From the NCBI GenBank assembly GCA_965214405.1, contig OZ243956.1, positions 2,976,001 to 3,040,000 on the forward strand: DNA of 64,000 nucleotides. The letters run 5' to 3'. Below the pieces are notes generated by a model that was given only the letters and a program-made list of their open reading frames with translations, ran no database searches and was not told where the DNA came from. Position 1 is the stretch's first letter; every line of letters begins with the position of its first letter. This document shows, piece by piece, positions 21,661 through 31,577 of this stretch. This stretch comes from Trueperaceae bacterium. GTDB taxonomy: Bacteria > Deinococcota > Deinococci > Deinococcales > Trueperaceae. A program made the translations under genes and the position numbers.

Positions 21661-22098
21661 ATGCCGCCCGACCTGCTCAACCGCGACCGCAAGCGCGGTG
21701 ACAAACACGGCCAGCAACACCGTCAGAAACACAAATACAAAAGTTTTCGGCCCCTCCAAAAGCTTGGCGTGTTCGCCTCGGGTTTGCGCTTGGCGGTCCT
21801 CGGCGACCGCACCGTGGCGTTCCAGGTGATCGTCTCGCTCGCGGTCCTCGCCGCGGCGTTCGCGCTGCGCGAGTGGCTTGATGTGCTCCTCATCCTGGTG
21901 GTGACCGGCGTGGTGCTGACGACCGAATTCATGAACACGGCGCTCGAGGCGCTCAGCGACTACGTCCAGCCTGAGTTCGACCCAAAAATCGGTGCCATCA
22001 AGGACATCGCGGCGGCGGCGACGGGTATCGCCCTTGTGGTCTGGCTCATCACCTTAATGGTCGAGGTCGGCAGGCTGTGGGCGGTTTTTCGGGCCTGA
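21661..22098 (+). CDS. dgkA: Prokaryotic diacylglycerol/undecaprenol kinase family protein
   Basis: EFMNTALEALSD, IKDIAAAA; AAGGAG RBS. Confidence 0.85.
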   Translation: MPPDLLNRDRKRGDKHGQQHRQKHKYKSFRPLQKLGVFASGLRLAVLGDRTVAFQVIVSLAVLAAAFALREWLDVLLILVVTGVVLTTEFMNTALEALSDYVQPEFDPKIGAIKDIAAAATGIALVVWLITLMVEVGRLWAVFRA

Positions 22099-22236
22099 CC
22101 AGCGCTCCCGCCGCTTCCGGATACCGGCAACCTTAGAGTTCATATCCGCAGAACCGAACCTCACTAGCACCAAGCCTCACTAGCACCAACGTCCGCCAGA
22201 ACGAAATCATCGAAAACCGTTAGAAAGGAGAAGAAC

Positions 22237-22770
22237 ATGAACCCGACGCTAAACGAAGGCTTAGCAGCGAGCGAGACCGCCTGGAGCTGGCTCCTACTGG
22301 GCGAATGGCTTATCGCGCTCGGCATCCTCGCGGTCGCGGGCGGCGTCCTCTGGACGGTGGTCCAGAACCGCCGCATCCTGCGCGCCGAGAGCACGCCGAA
22401 CCTGATCTTTGACGACCTTGTGTTTGCCCGCCGGGACGGGCAGAACGCCTACACGCTCTCGTCTCAGGCGGTCAACCTGGGGCGCTTTCCCGTCTATTTG
22501 CGCGCGCTCACCTACGGCACCGACACCATGCACAGCCGGGCGGCCGAGGCGCTGCACGTGCTTATCCCGCCGGGCGAGTCGCGGGGCTTCGAGCACGACT
22601 TCGACCATCTGACGGTCGTCGAGGGCGGCACGCTCGGTTTTGAATTTCAGTACGGCGCGACGGGCGCGCGGGTCCACAAGCTCGAGTTCCCGCTAAGCCT
22701 GACCAGGCAAAACGACGTCGTCGTCAAAGCGCAGCCCTCAGGCGAAACGGCGAGCGTGGTGCCGTCTTAA
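22237..22770 (+). CDS. Hypothetical membrane-anchored protein
   Basis: AAAGGAG RBS; one N-terminal hydrophobic helix then a beta-rich soluble region; no family recognised. Confidence 0.7.
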   Translation: MNPTLNEGLAASETAWSWLLLGEWLIALGILAVAGGVLWTVVQNRRILRAESTPNLIFDDLVFARRDGQNAYTLSSQAVNLGRFPVYLRALTYGTDTMHSRAAEALHVLIPPGESRGFEHDFDHLTVVEGGTLGFEFQYGATGARVHKLEFPLSLTRQNDVVVKAQPSGETASVVPS

Positions 22771-22879
22771 TGTCCAAAGATGTAATATTCCAGGTCGTGA
22801 CATTCGGGGCTGTAACGTTTGGGGCTGTAACGCCTAACGTGAAGGTCGCTGTCACGAGTACGCCAGAGGCCGCCTGAAG

Positions 22880-23839
22880 GTGGCCGCGCTCCTCATCGTC
22901 CTGGGGCTGGGCGGGCTGTTTGTGGGCGGCGAGCTGCTCGTGCGCTTCGCGTCGCGTCTGGCGCGGCGGCTGGGAATAAGCTCCCTCGTCATCGGCCTGA
23001 CGGTGGTGGCTTTCGGCACGAGCGCGCCCGAACTCGCCGCCAGCCTCACCGCGGCGCTACGCGGCAACGCCGGGATCGCGTTGGGCAACGTGATCGGCTC
23101 GAACATCGCCAACATCGGGCTCATCTTGGGGGTGAGCGCCCTCGTCACGCCGCTCGCCACCCGCGCGCCCTTTTTGCGCCGCGAGCTGCCCTTTATGCTC
23201 CTCACCAGCGCCGCGCTGCTGCCGCTCTTGTCCGACGGTCGCTTGAGCCGAGTGGAGGGCCTGGGCCTCATCGTGGTTCTCCTCGCCTATCTGGCGGTGC
23301 TGCTGCGCGGTGCCGCACGTGAAGCGCCGTCCGGTAGGGCGTCCGAAGCAACCGGAGCAACGGGAGAAGCAGAGGGTGACAGGGGAGGCCCTGGTCCGCT
23401 CCTGCTGAGCCTGCTCGGTATCGCGGGCGGCTTGGTCCTTTTGGTCGGCGGCGCGCAGGCGCTCGTCTCGGGCGCGGTCACCGTCGCCAGCGCGCTCGGC
23501 GTGCCCGAGAATGTGATCGGCTTGACCCTGGTGGCCGTGGGCACCAGCCTGCCCGAACTCGCCTCCTCCCTCGCCGCCGCCCTCAAGCGCGAGCCCGATA
23601 TTGTGTTAGGCAACATCGTCGGCTCGAACATCTTTAACGTGCTCGCCATCCTGGGCATCTCGAGCGTGGTTCAGCCGCTCGCCACCACCGCCGCCTTTGG
23701 CTTAGATCTGTGGATCATGCTGGGCTTTAGCCTGCTGGTCGTCCCCTTTTTGGTCACGCGCCTCACCCTGAGCCGCTGGGAGGGAGGACTGCTTGTGGGG
23801 CTCTACGCCGCCTACACCGCGTGGCTTTTCGTGCGCTAA
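22880..23839 (+). CDS. Calcium/sodium antiporter (CaCA, YrbG-like)
   Basis: Two alpha repeats: GTSAPE...GNVIGSNIAN and GTSLPE...GNIVGSNIFN. Confidence 0.93.
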   Translation: MAALLIVLGLGGLFVGGELLVRFASRLARRLGISSLVIGLTVVAFGTSAPELAASLTAALRGNAGIALGNVIGSNIANIGLILGVSALVTPLATRAPFLRRELPFMLLTSAALLPLLSDGRLSRVEGLGLIVVLLAYLAVLLRGAAREAPSGRASEATGATGEAEGDRGGPGPLLLSLLGIAGGLVLLVGGAQALVSGAVTVASALGVPENVIGLTLVAVGTSLPELASSLAAALKREPDIVLGNIVGSNIFNVLAILGISSVVQPLATTAAFGLDLWIMLGFSLLVVPFLVTRLTLSRWEGGLLVGLYAAYTAWLFVR

Positions 23840-23899
23840 CAACGGGAAAAACGATTCAGACATCGGTTCACGAAACCTGAAGATTTGAAAGGAGAAAAA

Positions 23900-24892
23900 A
23901 TGACAACAAGCGAAAAAGAAGCGGTCGCAACGCTCTGCCTTATGGCGGCGTTTGCCGACGGACAAAAGGGTGGCGAGGAGCGTGAGCACATTAAAGCTGT
24001 CGTAGAAACGCTGGACGGCGTCAGCACCCCCGCCCTCTACCAAAGGGTGCTCCTCAACAAAGTAACGCTCGAGGAGGCCGCGGGCGCGCTCGAGCGCCCC
24101 GAGACCCGCAGCTTAGCCTTTGAAATGGCGGTCGGCGTGTGCGACGCCGACGGCGTGATGAACCCGTCCGAGCGCGCCTTTCTGGAAAAGCTGGCGTCCG
24201 CCCTGGGGTTGTCCGACGATGCGAGAGACGAGGTCGAGAAAACTGCGGAGACCCTCGCCGCGGGGGCGCTTTCTGAACGTCCTGCGGGCGCTGCAACGCC
24301 TGTGACGCCTGTTATCCCCGTAACCCCTGCCGTCACGGCCACGGGAACGAGCGGCGACGCGCTCGGCTCGAGCGCCCCCGACGAAAAGGACTTGGACGCG
24401 ATGATCCTCAACCACGCGGTGCTCGCGGGCGCGCTGGAGCTTTTGCCGCAGTCCTTGGCGACGGTCGCCATCTTGCCCTTGCAGATGAAGCTGGTCTACA
24501 GCGTCGGCCAGCGGCACGGTTACGCGCTGGACGGCGGGAGCGTCCGCGAGTTTCTGGCGGTCGCGGGCGTGGGCGCGACCTCGCAGGTTTTCGAGGGTTA
24601 CGCGCGCAAGCTCTTCGGCTCGGTCGCCAAAAAAGCGCTCGGCAAGGGCGGCAAAAAGCTGACCAAAAGCGCGACGGGGGCGCTCCTGACGTTCGCCACC
24701 ACCTACGGGCTCGGCCAGGTCGCTGTCAGCTACTACGCGGGCGGCAGGACCCTCACGCCGGGGCAGATTCAGGGGGTGTTTGCTGACAAGCTCGAGCAGG
24801 GCAAGGCGCTTTTTGCTCAGCATCAGGACGCGGTGAGAGCGCAAAGCGAAAGGGTCAACCTGCGCGACTTAGTGGGGATGGTGGGGCGCTAA
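23900..24892 (+). CDS. TerB-like domain fused to a DUF697-like C-terminal region
   Basis: MAAFADG...EEREHI and VCDADG...SERAFL TerB-type repeats; C-terminal LPLQMKLV...G...TTYGLG. Confidence 0.75.
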   Translation: MTTSEKEAVATLCLMAAFADGQKGGEEREHIKAVVETLDGVSTPALYQRVLLNKVTLEEAAGALERPETRSLAFEMAVGVCDADGVMNPSERAFLEKLASALGLSDDARDEVEKTAETLAAGALSERPAGAATPVTPVIPVTPAVTATGTSGDALGSSAPDEKDLDAMILNHAVLAGALELLPQSLATVAILPLQMKLVYSVGQRHGYALDGGSVREFLAVAGVGATSQVFEGYARKLFGSVAKKALGKGGKKLTKSATGALLTFATTYGLGQVAVSYYAGGRTLTPGQIQGVFADKLEQGKALFAQHQDAVRAQSERVNLRDLVGMVGR

Positions 24893-24935
24893 AGTTGCGC
24901 CTTGACACATCGCCCGGAAGCCGCGCTTAAACGTC

Positions 24936-24975
24936 GTGTGCAGCGAGGGCGGCGCTGCACACTCCATCTTCTTTA
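24936..24975 (+). terminator. Hairpin closing the extended Mrp operon
   Basis: GTGTGCAGCG (24936-24945)/CGCTGCACAC (24953-24962) followed by a T-rich tail. Confidence 0.45.
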
Positions 24976-25070
24976 TGCCCCATTTCTTGAAACGCGGCTT
25001 CCTCCTCTTGCCGCAGTGAGGCGTAGGCTCTCATCTATTCTCATCATATTCTCTGTAAAATTTAGCTATC

Positions 25071-25187
25071 CAGGGGAGTAGCCGCCCACGTACAGCTCAT
25101 GTACAAAGGGAGCGAGCCGCCGTCAATACGGAGACCACATCGTTTAATTAGAGGTTTCCCGGTCGCTCGCATACAAGGCAAGACCTG
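25071..25187 (+). ncRNA. yybP-ykoY (Mn2+) riboswitch aptamer 2
   Basis: CAGGGGAGTAGCC...GGCAAGACCTG; P3 GCGAGC-GCCG/CGGT-GCTCGC, L3 TCAATAC, GGAGACC/GGTTTCC; TAAAAT -10 at 25056; directly upstream of a terC/alx-like start. Confidence 0.9.
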
Positions 25188-25200
25188 AAGAGGAGTCCGA

Positions 25201-25467
25201 ATGGACCTGCCGCTTTGGGTTTGGCTTGTATCTATAGGTGGTCTGTCAGGAATCGTTGCCCCTGACCTGGACGTTTTTCACCACAAACCCCACGAAGCGC
25301 GTACCGTCAGCGTCAGAGCGGCCTCGAGCTGGAGCGCCGTCTGGGTCGTGCTGTCGCCTTTTTGCTTTTCTTACCCTTTTCACCCTTTTCGCAGTGGCGC
25401 GGCAAAAGACGCTGCCGCCGCCCCTCCCAAAACAGCGTCAAAGCGTAGCAGGAAAGGAACCAAGTGA
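25201..25467 (+). pseudogene. TerC/Alx-family N-terminal remnant
   Basis: LWVW...DLDVFHHKPHE..VSVRAASSWSAVWV resembles the Alx/TerC N-terminus; homology is lost after ~55 codons. Confidence 0.75.
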
Positions 25468-25688
25468 CGACTTTGCTTTGTCCGAGAGACGGCAGCACCA
25501 TGAACGAGATTGTGCGCGACGAGGTGCTTATTGACGTGTGTCCCCAGTGCCGCGGCGTCTGGCTCGACCGCGGGGAACTGGAAAAGCTTATGGCGCAGGT
25601 GTATCTGCCCGACGACGCCAACGTGGCTTATGAGAGTAAGGGGATGTACAAGCGCCAACGTCCGAGCTTACAAGATTTCTTCGAGTAG
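25464..25688 (+). CDS. Small zf-TFIIB-like zinc-ribbon protein
   Basis: CPRD...IDVCPQCRGVWLDRGELEKL, C-terminal LQDFFE. Confidence 0.85.
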   Translation: MTTLLCPRDGSTMNEIVRDEVLIDVCPQCRGVWLDRGELEKLMAQVYLPDDANVAYESKGMYKRQRPSLQDFFE

Positions 25689-25752
25689 TTTTTTGGTCAA
25701 TCAAACGTTGATGAGTTTAGGAAGCGTTAGATGAATTTAGGGAGGAAAGATC

Positions 25753-26415
25753 ATGATACTTTTTATCGTCACCTTGGCCGCTACGCTGCTCGTGCAGCTC
25801 TACTTGCGCCGCACCTACAGCAAGTGGCAGGCGGTACCCTCGACCGCCGGGCTCACCGGGGCGGAAACGGCTCGAGCCATCCTGGACGCGAACGATCTGC
25901 GCGAGGTGCGAGTCGAAGCCGTGGCGGGCGAGCTTTCTGACCACTACGACCCGCGCGAGCGCGTCGTGCGCCTCTCGGAGGCGAACTACCGGGGGGCGAG
26001 CGTGGCCGGGGTGGCCGTGGCCGCCCACGAGGTAGGGCACGCGCTCCAGCACGCGGGGGCGTACAAGCCGCTCGTCTGGCGCGCGACGCTCGTCCCGGTC
26101 GCGGGCGTCGGGGCCAACTTCGGGCCGTGGCTGGTCATCTTGGGCGCGGTCGTAGGCGCGAGCGGGCTGGTCGGGTTCGGCATTGTGCTCTTTGGCGCGG
26201 CGGTGCTTTTTCAGCTCGTCACGCTGCCCGTCGAGTTCGACGCGAGCCGCCGGGCGCTCGCCCAACTCGAGCGTTTAGAGCTCGTTACCGCGCGCGACGC
26301 CGGGGGCTCGAGGGGGGTGCTCAACGCCGCCGCCCTGACCTATGTGGCGGCCGCCGCCGCGTCGGTGGCCTATTTGCTCTACTACCTGAGCATGTTTATG
26401 GGTGGGGAGGAGTAA
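25753..26415 (+). CDS. Neutral zinc metallopeptidase (YugP-like)
   Basis: LSDHYDP, AAHEVGHALQH, TLPVEFDASRRA, AAALTYVA; GGAGG RBS. Confidence 0.9.
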   Translation: MILFIVTLAATLLVQLYLRRTYSKWQAVPSTAGLTGAETARAILDANDLREVRVEAVAGELSDHYDPRERVVRLSEANYRGASVAGVAVAAHEVGHALQHAGAYKPLVWRATLVPVAGVGANFGPWLVILGAVVGASGLVGFGIVLFGAAVLFQLVTLPVEFDASRRALAQLERLELVTARDAGGSRGVLNAAALTYVAAAAASVAYLLYYLSMFMGGEE

Positions 26416-26433
26416 CCTCTACGGTTCTGAGTA

Positions 26434-26470
26434 GCCGCGTCCGCCCTGGCGACGCGGCGCTTGTTTCTTA
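26434..26470 (+). terminator. Candidate terminator after the YugP-like gene
   Basis: GCCGCGTC/GACGCGGC stem followed by TTGTTTCTT. Confidence 0.45.
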
Positions 26471-26675
26471 ACGTCTCTACTCCCACCGGGGTGACGCTAA
26501 TCACCGCCCCGCGGCATCCTAGTGGGGGAGCTTAACGACTTGGGTCACCTTCTCGAGCCTCTTTCTCTACACCTAAATTCGCTGCCGGGGCAAAAGTGTT
26601 AAGGGGGTGCCAGTCGCTCCACTTTGATGAACCTGATCAATCTAAGAGCCGGTCACGTTCAGAAAGGCCTACACC

Positions 26676-26894
26676 ATGAGCCGAGATATCGACGTCGAAA
26701 AGCCGTACAACAAGCGCGAGGTCGCCGCCAAGCTGCGCCGCCTCGCCGACGCGCTCGAACAAGGAAAAACCTTCGGGATCCAGATAGCGGGTCACCGGGT
26801 TCACGTGCCAGCCCGCGCCACCGTCGAGCTCGAATACGAACGAGAGGGTGATGAGGCGGAGATCGAGATCGAGATAAAGTGGTCCAGGCGCTGA
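26676..26894 (+). CDS. Amphi-Trp domain protein
   Basis: AAKLRRLADALE...ELEYE...EIEIEIKW pattern. Confidence 0.8.
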   Translation: MSRDIDVEKPYNKREVAAKLRRLADALEQGKTFGIQIAGHRVHVPARATVELEYEREGDEAEIEIEIKWSRR

Positions 26895-27013
26895 AAGTTT
26901 TATATGGTGAGGCGGGCCGCTTTGCGCTCTACGTTTGAACACATAGGAAGCTGCTCCTTCGGGCGGTTGCGTCTTCACTTATTGTGCGAGAGACGCGCGC
27001 GGCGCGCGCAGAA

Positions 27014-27470
27014 GGCGTTGTCAAGTTCACTCGAGCCCCAACTGATAAGAGCAGCGAAAACCCTACTACCGCATTACGCTTTAGGCCGTGAGGTGGAGGC
27101 CCGCGACCTCCCGCCAGCTCGTAAAGCGCTGCCTCATCTCCTGGCGGCAGGCTGGGGCGGGGAGTAAGGGACGCCTGGGGCGGAAACGTGAGGAGACGAA
27201 GCTGTAAGCGCAGAGAAACCGCTGTGCCTGACCCGGTGATTTGAAGCGTCGCAACGGCAGGGCAACTGCCCGTAACGTATGCGCCTCTCTCTTCTTCTCG
27301 TTGGGCGGCGGGAGTTCTCGGCGCGGTTGTTGAGCCCCTTGTGCTGGCGACGCTCGGTGTCGAAAAGGATTTCCTTTTTGGCCGCTTCGTGGCTCCTCAG
27401 CTTATCGGTGACGATCACGCGAGCCTTTTTTATCTCGAGGGTCATCTCCTTAAACACACCAGGCACTGTT
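27014..27470 (-). mobile_element. Degenerate IS6-family remnant
   Basis: IVTDKLRS, HKGLNNRAENS, RRRER and, in a shifted frame, RRFKSPGQAQRFL; IS6-like end GGCGTTGTCAAGTT at 27014-27027. Confidence 0.8.
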
Positions 27471-27636
27471 TAGCCTCATCTCGCTTTTAACCTGCTCGGC
27501 TTGGGTTGATAAAACCGGAGGAGCTGTGGCAAGAGCGCAAGGGAACCGCTTTAGAAACGTTTTGCCAGCCGACACGCTGGTCCTGTGGGCGAGGATTATT
27601 TAGTCGAAATTGGGGCAGGAGCGGTGCTCCGTAAGG

Positions 27637-28782
27637 CTACGCGACCACCAAAAGCTCACGAAATCCCTTGGTCAGTGGCGCTCCCCCGTCAGGTCCAACC
27701 ACAACCACGTCTTCGACGCGGCAAGAAAAGGTGTCGAACTGCGTGATGCTCGGCTCGACGGTGAACAGCATGTTTTCTTGCAGCAGCGTCTCATCTCCTG
27801 CTGTTAAGAAGGGGCGTTCGTGAACGTCGAGCCCGATGGCGTGGCCTAAACGGTGGCGGAACGCCTCGCCGTAGCCCGCCTGGGCCAGTACGTCTCGAGC
27901 CGCCTTGTCGGCCTCGCTGGTCGTCTTTTCGTCGGCCTGCAGCGCAGCGATGCCCGCTTCTTGTGAGGTCATAACGAGCCGGAAAATCTCCAGAAAAGAC
28001 GCGTCCGGCTCGCCGAAGAAGACGGTGCGCCCGTAGTCGTAGCAGTAGCCGTCCAAAATCGCCCCGAAATCGAACAAGATCGAAACTGGCGGGGTCAAGA
28101 CACGCTTCCAGGTGACCTGCCGCCGACCGAACAAAAGGGGATGACGGGGGCCGGAGTTGTAAAGCGAGGTGGTAAACGACGGACCCAACGACCCGTGTTT
28201 ACGCAGTTGATAATCGACTTCAGAGACAATATCCAACTCGGTCATCCCGTGCTCGAGCTTCCCCAGCACCTCACCAAACGCGGCTTCTGTGATTTCGCCC
28301 GCCTTACGCATCACCGCGATTTCTTCGTCCGTTTTAACGGCGCGTAGAGGCTGCAACACGTGTGAGGCCGACATGAAGCTGGCCCCCGGCAACAGCCCGC
28401 TAAGTTCGCTCACCGTTGTTCCGTGCGTCGCGCTACCGATAGCGACGCGTGGGTTCGCGGGTAAAGAAAAGTCTTCGACAAGACCTTTGACCATCTTGCG
28501 GGGGTCGTCAAAATCGTTCAGGACGCGCAGTTGCACGCCCTTCAAAGCGGCTAAGCCGCCGAACTCAGCCGTCATGCGGGGCAGGGCGAGGATGGGTTCT
28601 CGGCTCGGGCTGAGCCACGCCCCTTCCAACCAGTCGCCGGGATGAACGACCGCGCCGTAGTTCGGAATGTCGCGCGGCACGCCCGTCAGGTACTGCAAGT
28701 CGGCGGATAGGGGGAAAAACGCGAGGTCGGCAGCGCCCTCTAAGCGTCTTTGAAAAGTAGCGAGTCGTTGCGAATAGTTCAT
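27637..28782 (-). CDS. Xaa-Pro peptidase family (M24) protein
   Basis: DFG...YCYDYGRT, HRLGHAIGLDVHE, TVEPSI, RVEDVV. Confidence 0.92.
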   Translation of the reverse strand: MNYSQRLATFQRRLEGAADLAFFPLSADLQYLTGVPRDIPNYGAVVHPGDWLEGAWLSPSREPILALPRMTAEFGGLAALKGVQLRVLNDFDDPRKMVKGLVEDFSLPANPRVAIGSATHGTTVSELSGLLPGASFMSASHVLQPLRAVKTDEEIAVMRKAGEITEAAFGEVLGKLEHGMTELDIVSEVDYQLRKHGSLGPSFTTSLYNSGPRHPLLFGRRQVTWKRVLTPPVSILFDFGAILDGYCYDYGRTVFFGEPDASFLEIFRLVMTSQEAGIAALQADEKTTSEADKAARDVLAQAGYGEAFRHRLGHAIGLDVHERPFLTAGDETLLQENMLFTVEPSITQFDTFSCRVEDVVVVGPDGGAPLTKGFRELLVVA

Positions 28783-28860
28783 AAATAACCTCGGTCGAGT
28801 ATTTTTGTTAGTATACCGTGGGTCAGCAACGTTGCAGAAGACTTGACAAGGAGAATAAAG

Positions 28861-30471
28861 ATGCTACAGCGGCTCTTCTCGAGGATTCGACCCTCATACG
28901 TCTTGCTTATCGCCGTCGGCCTGGCGCTGACGCTGGTGCTAACGATGTCCAGCGCAACAGCTCAGGATGAAAAAGTCATCGTCATCGGCCACACCGAGGT
29001 CGCCGAAGCTTACGACCCGGCCCACGGCTTTAGCCCCACGGCCGGGATTGTTGACAAGGCAACCTACGATACGCTCGTGACTTTTCCGGACGGCGACGCC
29101 AGTTCCGTCGAGCCGCTCCTGGCAAGCGACTGGTCTATTTCGGAAGACGGGCTCGTTTATACCTTTACCTTGCGGGACGATGTCACCTTTGCCAACGGCG
29201 ACCCCTTACAAGCCGAGGACGTGGTGTTTTCGTTCGATCGTCTCAAAAACGTCAAAGCTCAGCCTTCGTTTTTAGCCGACCCCATCGCCGGGCTCGAGGC
29301 GGTTGACGATTCAACCGTCGCCATCACCCTGAGCGAACCCCGCCCATCCTTTTTGTCCGAGCTGGCGAACACCGCGTTTTCGGTGACCAACGCCGACGTC
29401 GTGCGGGCCAACGGCGGCGCGGACGCCGCCGACGCCGCCGAAACCGACGCGGCGGTGGACTATTTAGACCAGACCTCGGCGGGCACCGGGCCTTATGTCT
29501 TAGAGAGCTGGGCACCGCAAGAAGAAACCGTGCTGGTGCGCAACCCCAACTTTTGGGGCGAAGCGCCCTACTTCGACCGCGTCGTCATCGTCAATATTCC
29601 CGAAGCGGCCACGCAAAAGGTCGCCTTAGAGTCCGGCAACATCGACCTCGCCACCGACCTGACACCCGACCAGGTGGTCGATCTGGAAACCAACGAGAGC
29701 GTCGGCATTTTCCGCGGCTCGAGCACCTGGACGCACTTTTTACTGATGAACCGCGATCCGGAGATTGGCGGCCCGCTCGCCGACCCGCTCGTGGCCGAAG
29801 CGGTGCGTTACGCGCTCGACTACGCGGGCTACCGCGACCTTTGGGAAGGCAGCGTCACGCCGGGCACGAACATGTGGATTGGCTTGGCGGGCGCTTACGG
29901 GCAAGACGAAGCTTTGGAGCGTGACGTGGAGAGAGCAAAAAGCCTGCTGGCGGAGGCTGGTTACCCGGACGGCTTCGACACCACGCTGAGTTACCCCGAC
30001 CTCACCTGGAGCGGCGTGAACATGAGCACCAACGCCCAAAAAATTCAGTCGGACTTGGCCGACGTCGGCGTCAACGTGACGCTCAACCCCGGCGAGGTGC
30101 AAGTCGCCCTCGAGGACTACCGCAACGGTCAGCAAGGCTTCGGCTACTGGTTTTGGGGGCCGGACAAACTCGACCCCGTAGACTTTTTGGAGTTCTTGCC
30201 CGGCGGCAAAGTGGCTTCCGAACGCACACGCTGGACTGAAGGCGCGGCGAGCGCAGAGGTGCTCGAGCTTATCGCTCGGGCTAAAGTTGAGTCCGACCCC
30301 GCGGCGCGCACCGAAATCTTTAACCAACTGCAAGACTTCGCGCAGGCGAGTAGCGCGTTTGCCCCCTTTAGCGTGCCCGCCGTCCAAACTGCGTTCCGCT
30401 CCGACATTGAAGGCTACGTCTGGCACCCGCAGTGGGGTCTGGACGTTGCGCTGCTCAGCCGCAAGGAGTAG
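28861..30471 (+). CDS. Peptide/nickel ABC substrate-binding protein (family 5)
   Basis: YDTLV, PLLASDWSISEDG..YTFTLR..VTFANG, GTGPY. Confidence 0.92.
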   Translation: MLQRLFSRIRPSYVLLIAVGLALTLVLTMSSATAQDEKVIVIGHTEVAEAYDPAHGFSPTAGIVDKATYDTLVTFPDGDASSVEPLLASDWSISEDGLVYTFTLRDDVTFANGDPLQAEDVVFSFDRLKNVKAQPSFLADPIAGLEAVDDSTVAITLSEPRPSFLSELANTAFSVTNADVVRANGGADAADAAETDAAVDYLDQTSAGTGPYVLESWAPQEETVLVRNPNFWGEAPYFDRVVIVNIPEAATQKVALESGNIDLATDLTPDQVVDLETNESVGIFRGSSTWTHFLLMNRDPEIGGPLADPLVAEAVRYALDYAGYRDLWEGSVTPGTNMWIGLAGAYGQDEALERDVERAKSLLAEAGYPDGFDTTLSYPDLTWSGVNMSTNAQKIQSDLADVGVNVTLNPGEVQVALEDYRNGQQGFGYWFWGPDKLDPVDFLEFLPGGKVASERTRWTEGAASAEVLELIARAKVESDPAARTEIFNQLQDFAQASSAFAPFSVPAVQTAFRSDIEGYVWHPQWGLDVALLSRKE

Positions 30472-30478
30472 AAACTAA

Positions 30479-30550
30479 GAGAGTAGGGATGTAGAGGGTG
30501 GGGGAGTTAAGGGTTTTCTTACTCCCCCACACCCCCACTCCCCTCGACCC
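30479..30550. repeat. Octamer-periodic purine/pyrimidine inverted repeat between SBP and permease
   Basis: G-rich arm (GGGTGGGGGAGT) and C-rich arm ACTCCCCC ACACCCCC ACTCCCCT. Confidence 0.55.
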
Positions 30551-31570
30551 ATGCCCATCTACCAGTACATCCTCAGACGCATTCTCTTCGCTCTCCCGCT
30601 GCTTTTGGGCATCACGGTGGTGGCGTTTCTGATTGCCAACGCGATTCCCGCCGACCCCATCAACGCCAACTTGCCGCAGAACGCGCTCAGCAACGAAAAG
30701 CTGGTGACGGCCTTTCGGGAAAAGTGGGGCCTGGACAAGCCGCCGCACATTCAGTATGTGACCTACGTGCGAAATTTGCTCCGTGGAGATATGGGAACGT
30801 CTATCAAAACCAAGAATCCGGTGCTCGAGGACATCAGACAGTTTTTGCCCGCCACGGTCGAACTGGCGACGGCGTCGATTTTCGTGGGGCTCCTGTTGGG
30901 CGTCAGTTTCGGGGTGATTTCAGCCGTGTGGCGCAACTCGTTTGCCGACTACGTCGTGCGGATTTTTGCGCTTGTCGGCGTGAGTTTTCCCGTTTTCTTG
31001 CTGGCGCTGGTCGCGCTGTCCGTGTTTCACGCGCGGCTCGGCTGGGTGGTGGGGCCGGGGCGACTGGGGTTTTTGGTCAAAGACCCGCCGCATGTGACGG
31101 GTTTGTTTACGGTCGACAGTTTGTTGGCCGGACAATGGAAAACCTTTCAAGACGCTGTCGCCCACCTCGTCTTGCCGAGCCTCGTGTTGGGCAGCTACGT
31201 GTCGGGCATCATCGCCCGCATCACGCGCTCGTCTCTTTTGGACGTGCTCGGGCTGGACTACATCCGCACCGCTCGCGCCAAGGGACAGCTCGAGCCCAAG
31301 GTCGTCTTGCGCCACGCGCTCTCCAACGCGCTCATTCCCGTCGTGACGATACTGGGCGTTCTCTACGGCAGCCTGCTGGCGGGGGCGGTGTTGACCGAGT
31401 CCATCTTCGCCTGGCCCGGCATCGGCCGTTACGCCTTTCGGGCCTCGACCTCGCAGGATTTTCCCGCCATCATGGGGGTGAGCATGTTGATTGCGCTGAT
31501 TTACGTGATTGCCAACTTTTTTGTCGACATTCTTTATTTCTGGCTCGACCCGCGTATAAGGTACTCGTGA
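30551..31570 (+). CDS. Peptide ABC permease (DppB-like)
   Basis: GLDKP..IQY, PATVEL, DYIRTARAKG, ESIFAWPGIG. Confidence 0.92.
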   Translation: MPIYQYILRRILFALPLLLGITVVAFLIANAIPADPINANLPQNALSNEKLVTAFREKWGLDKPPHIQYVTYVRNLLRGDMGTSIKTKNPVLEDIRQFLPATVELATASIFVGLLLGVSFGVISAVWRNSFADYVVRIFALVGVSFPVFLLALVALSVFHARLGWVVGPGRLGFLVKDPPHVTGLFTVDSLLAGQWKTFQDAVAHLVLPSLVLGSYVSGIIARITRSSLLDVLGLDYIRTARAKGQLEPKVVLRHALSNALIPVVTILGVLYGSLLAGAVLTESIFAWPGIGRYAFRASTSQDFPAIMGVSMLIALIYVIANFFVDILYFWLDPRIRYS

Positions 31571-31577
31571 TTTAGCG

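Noticed and set aside
26404..26553. Third yybP-ykoY-like element (GGAGTAACC...CGTCTCTAC)
   Set aside because: Overlaps the peptidase stop codon, lacks GAGACC and has no convincing P3
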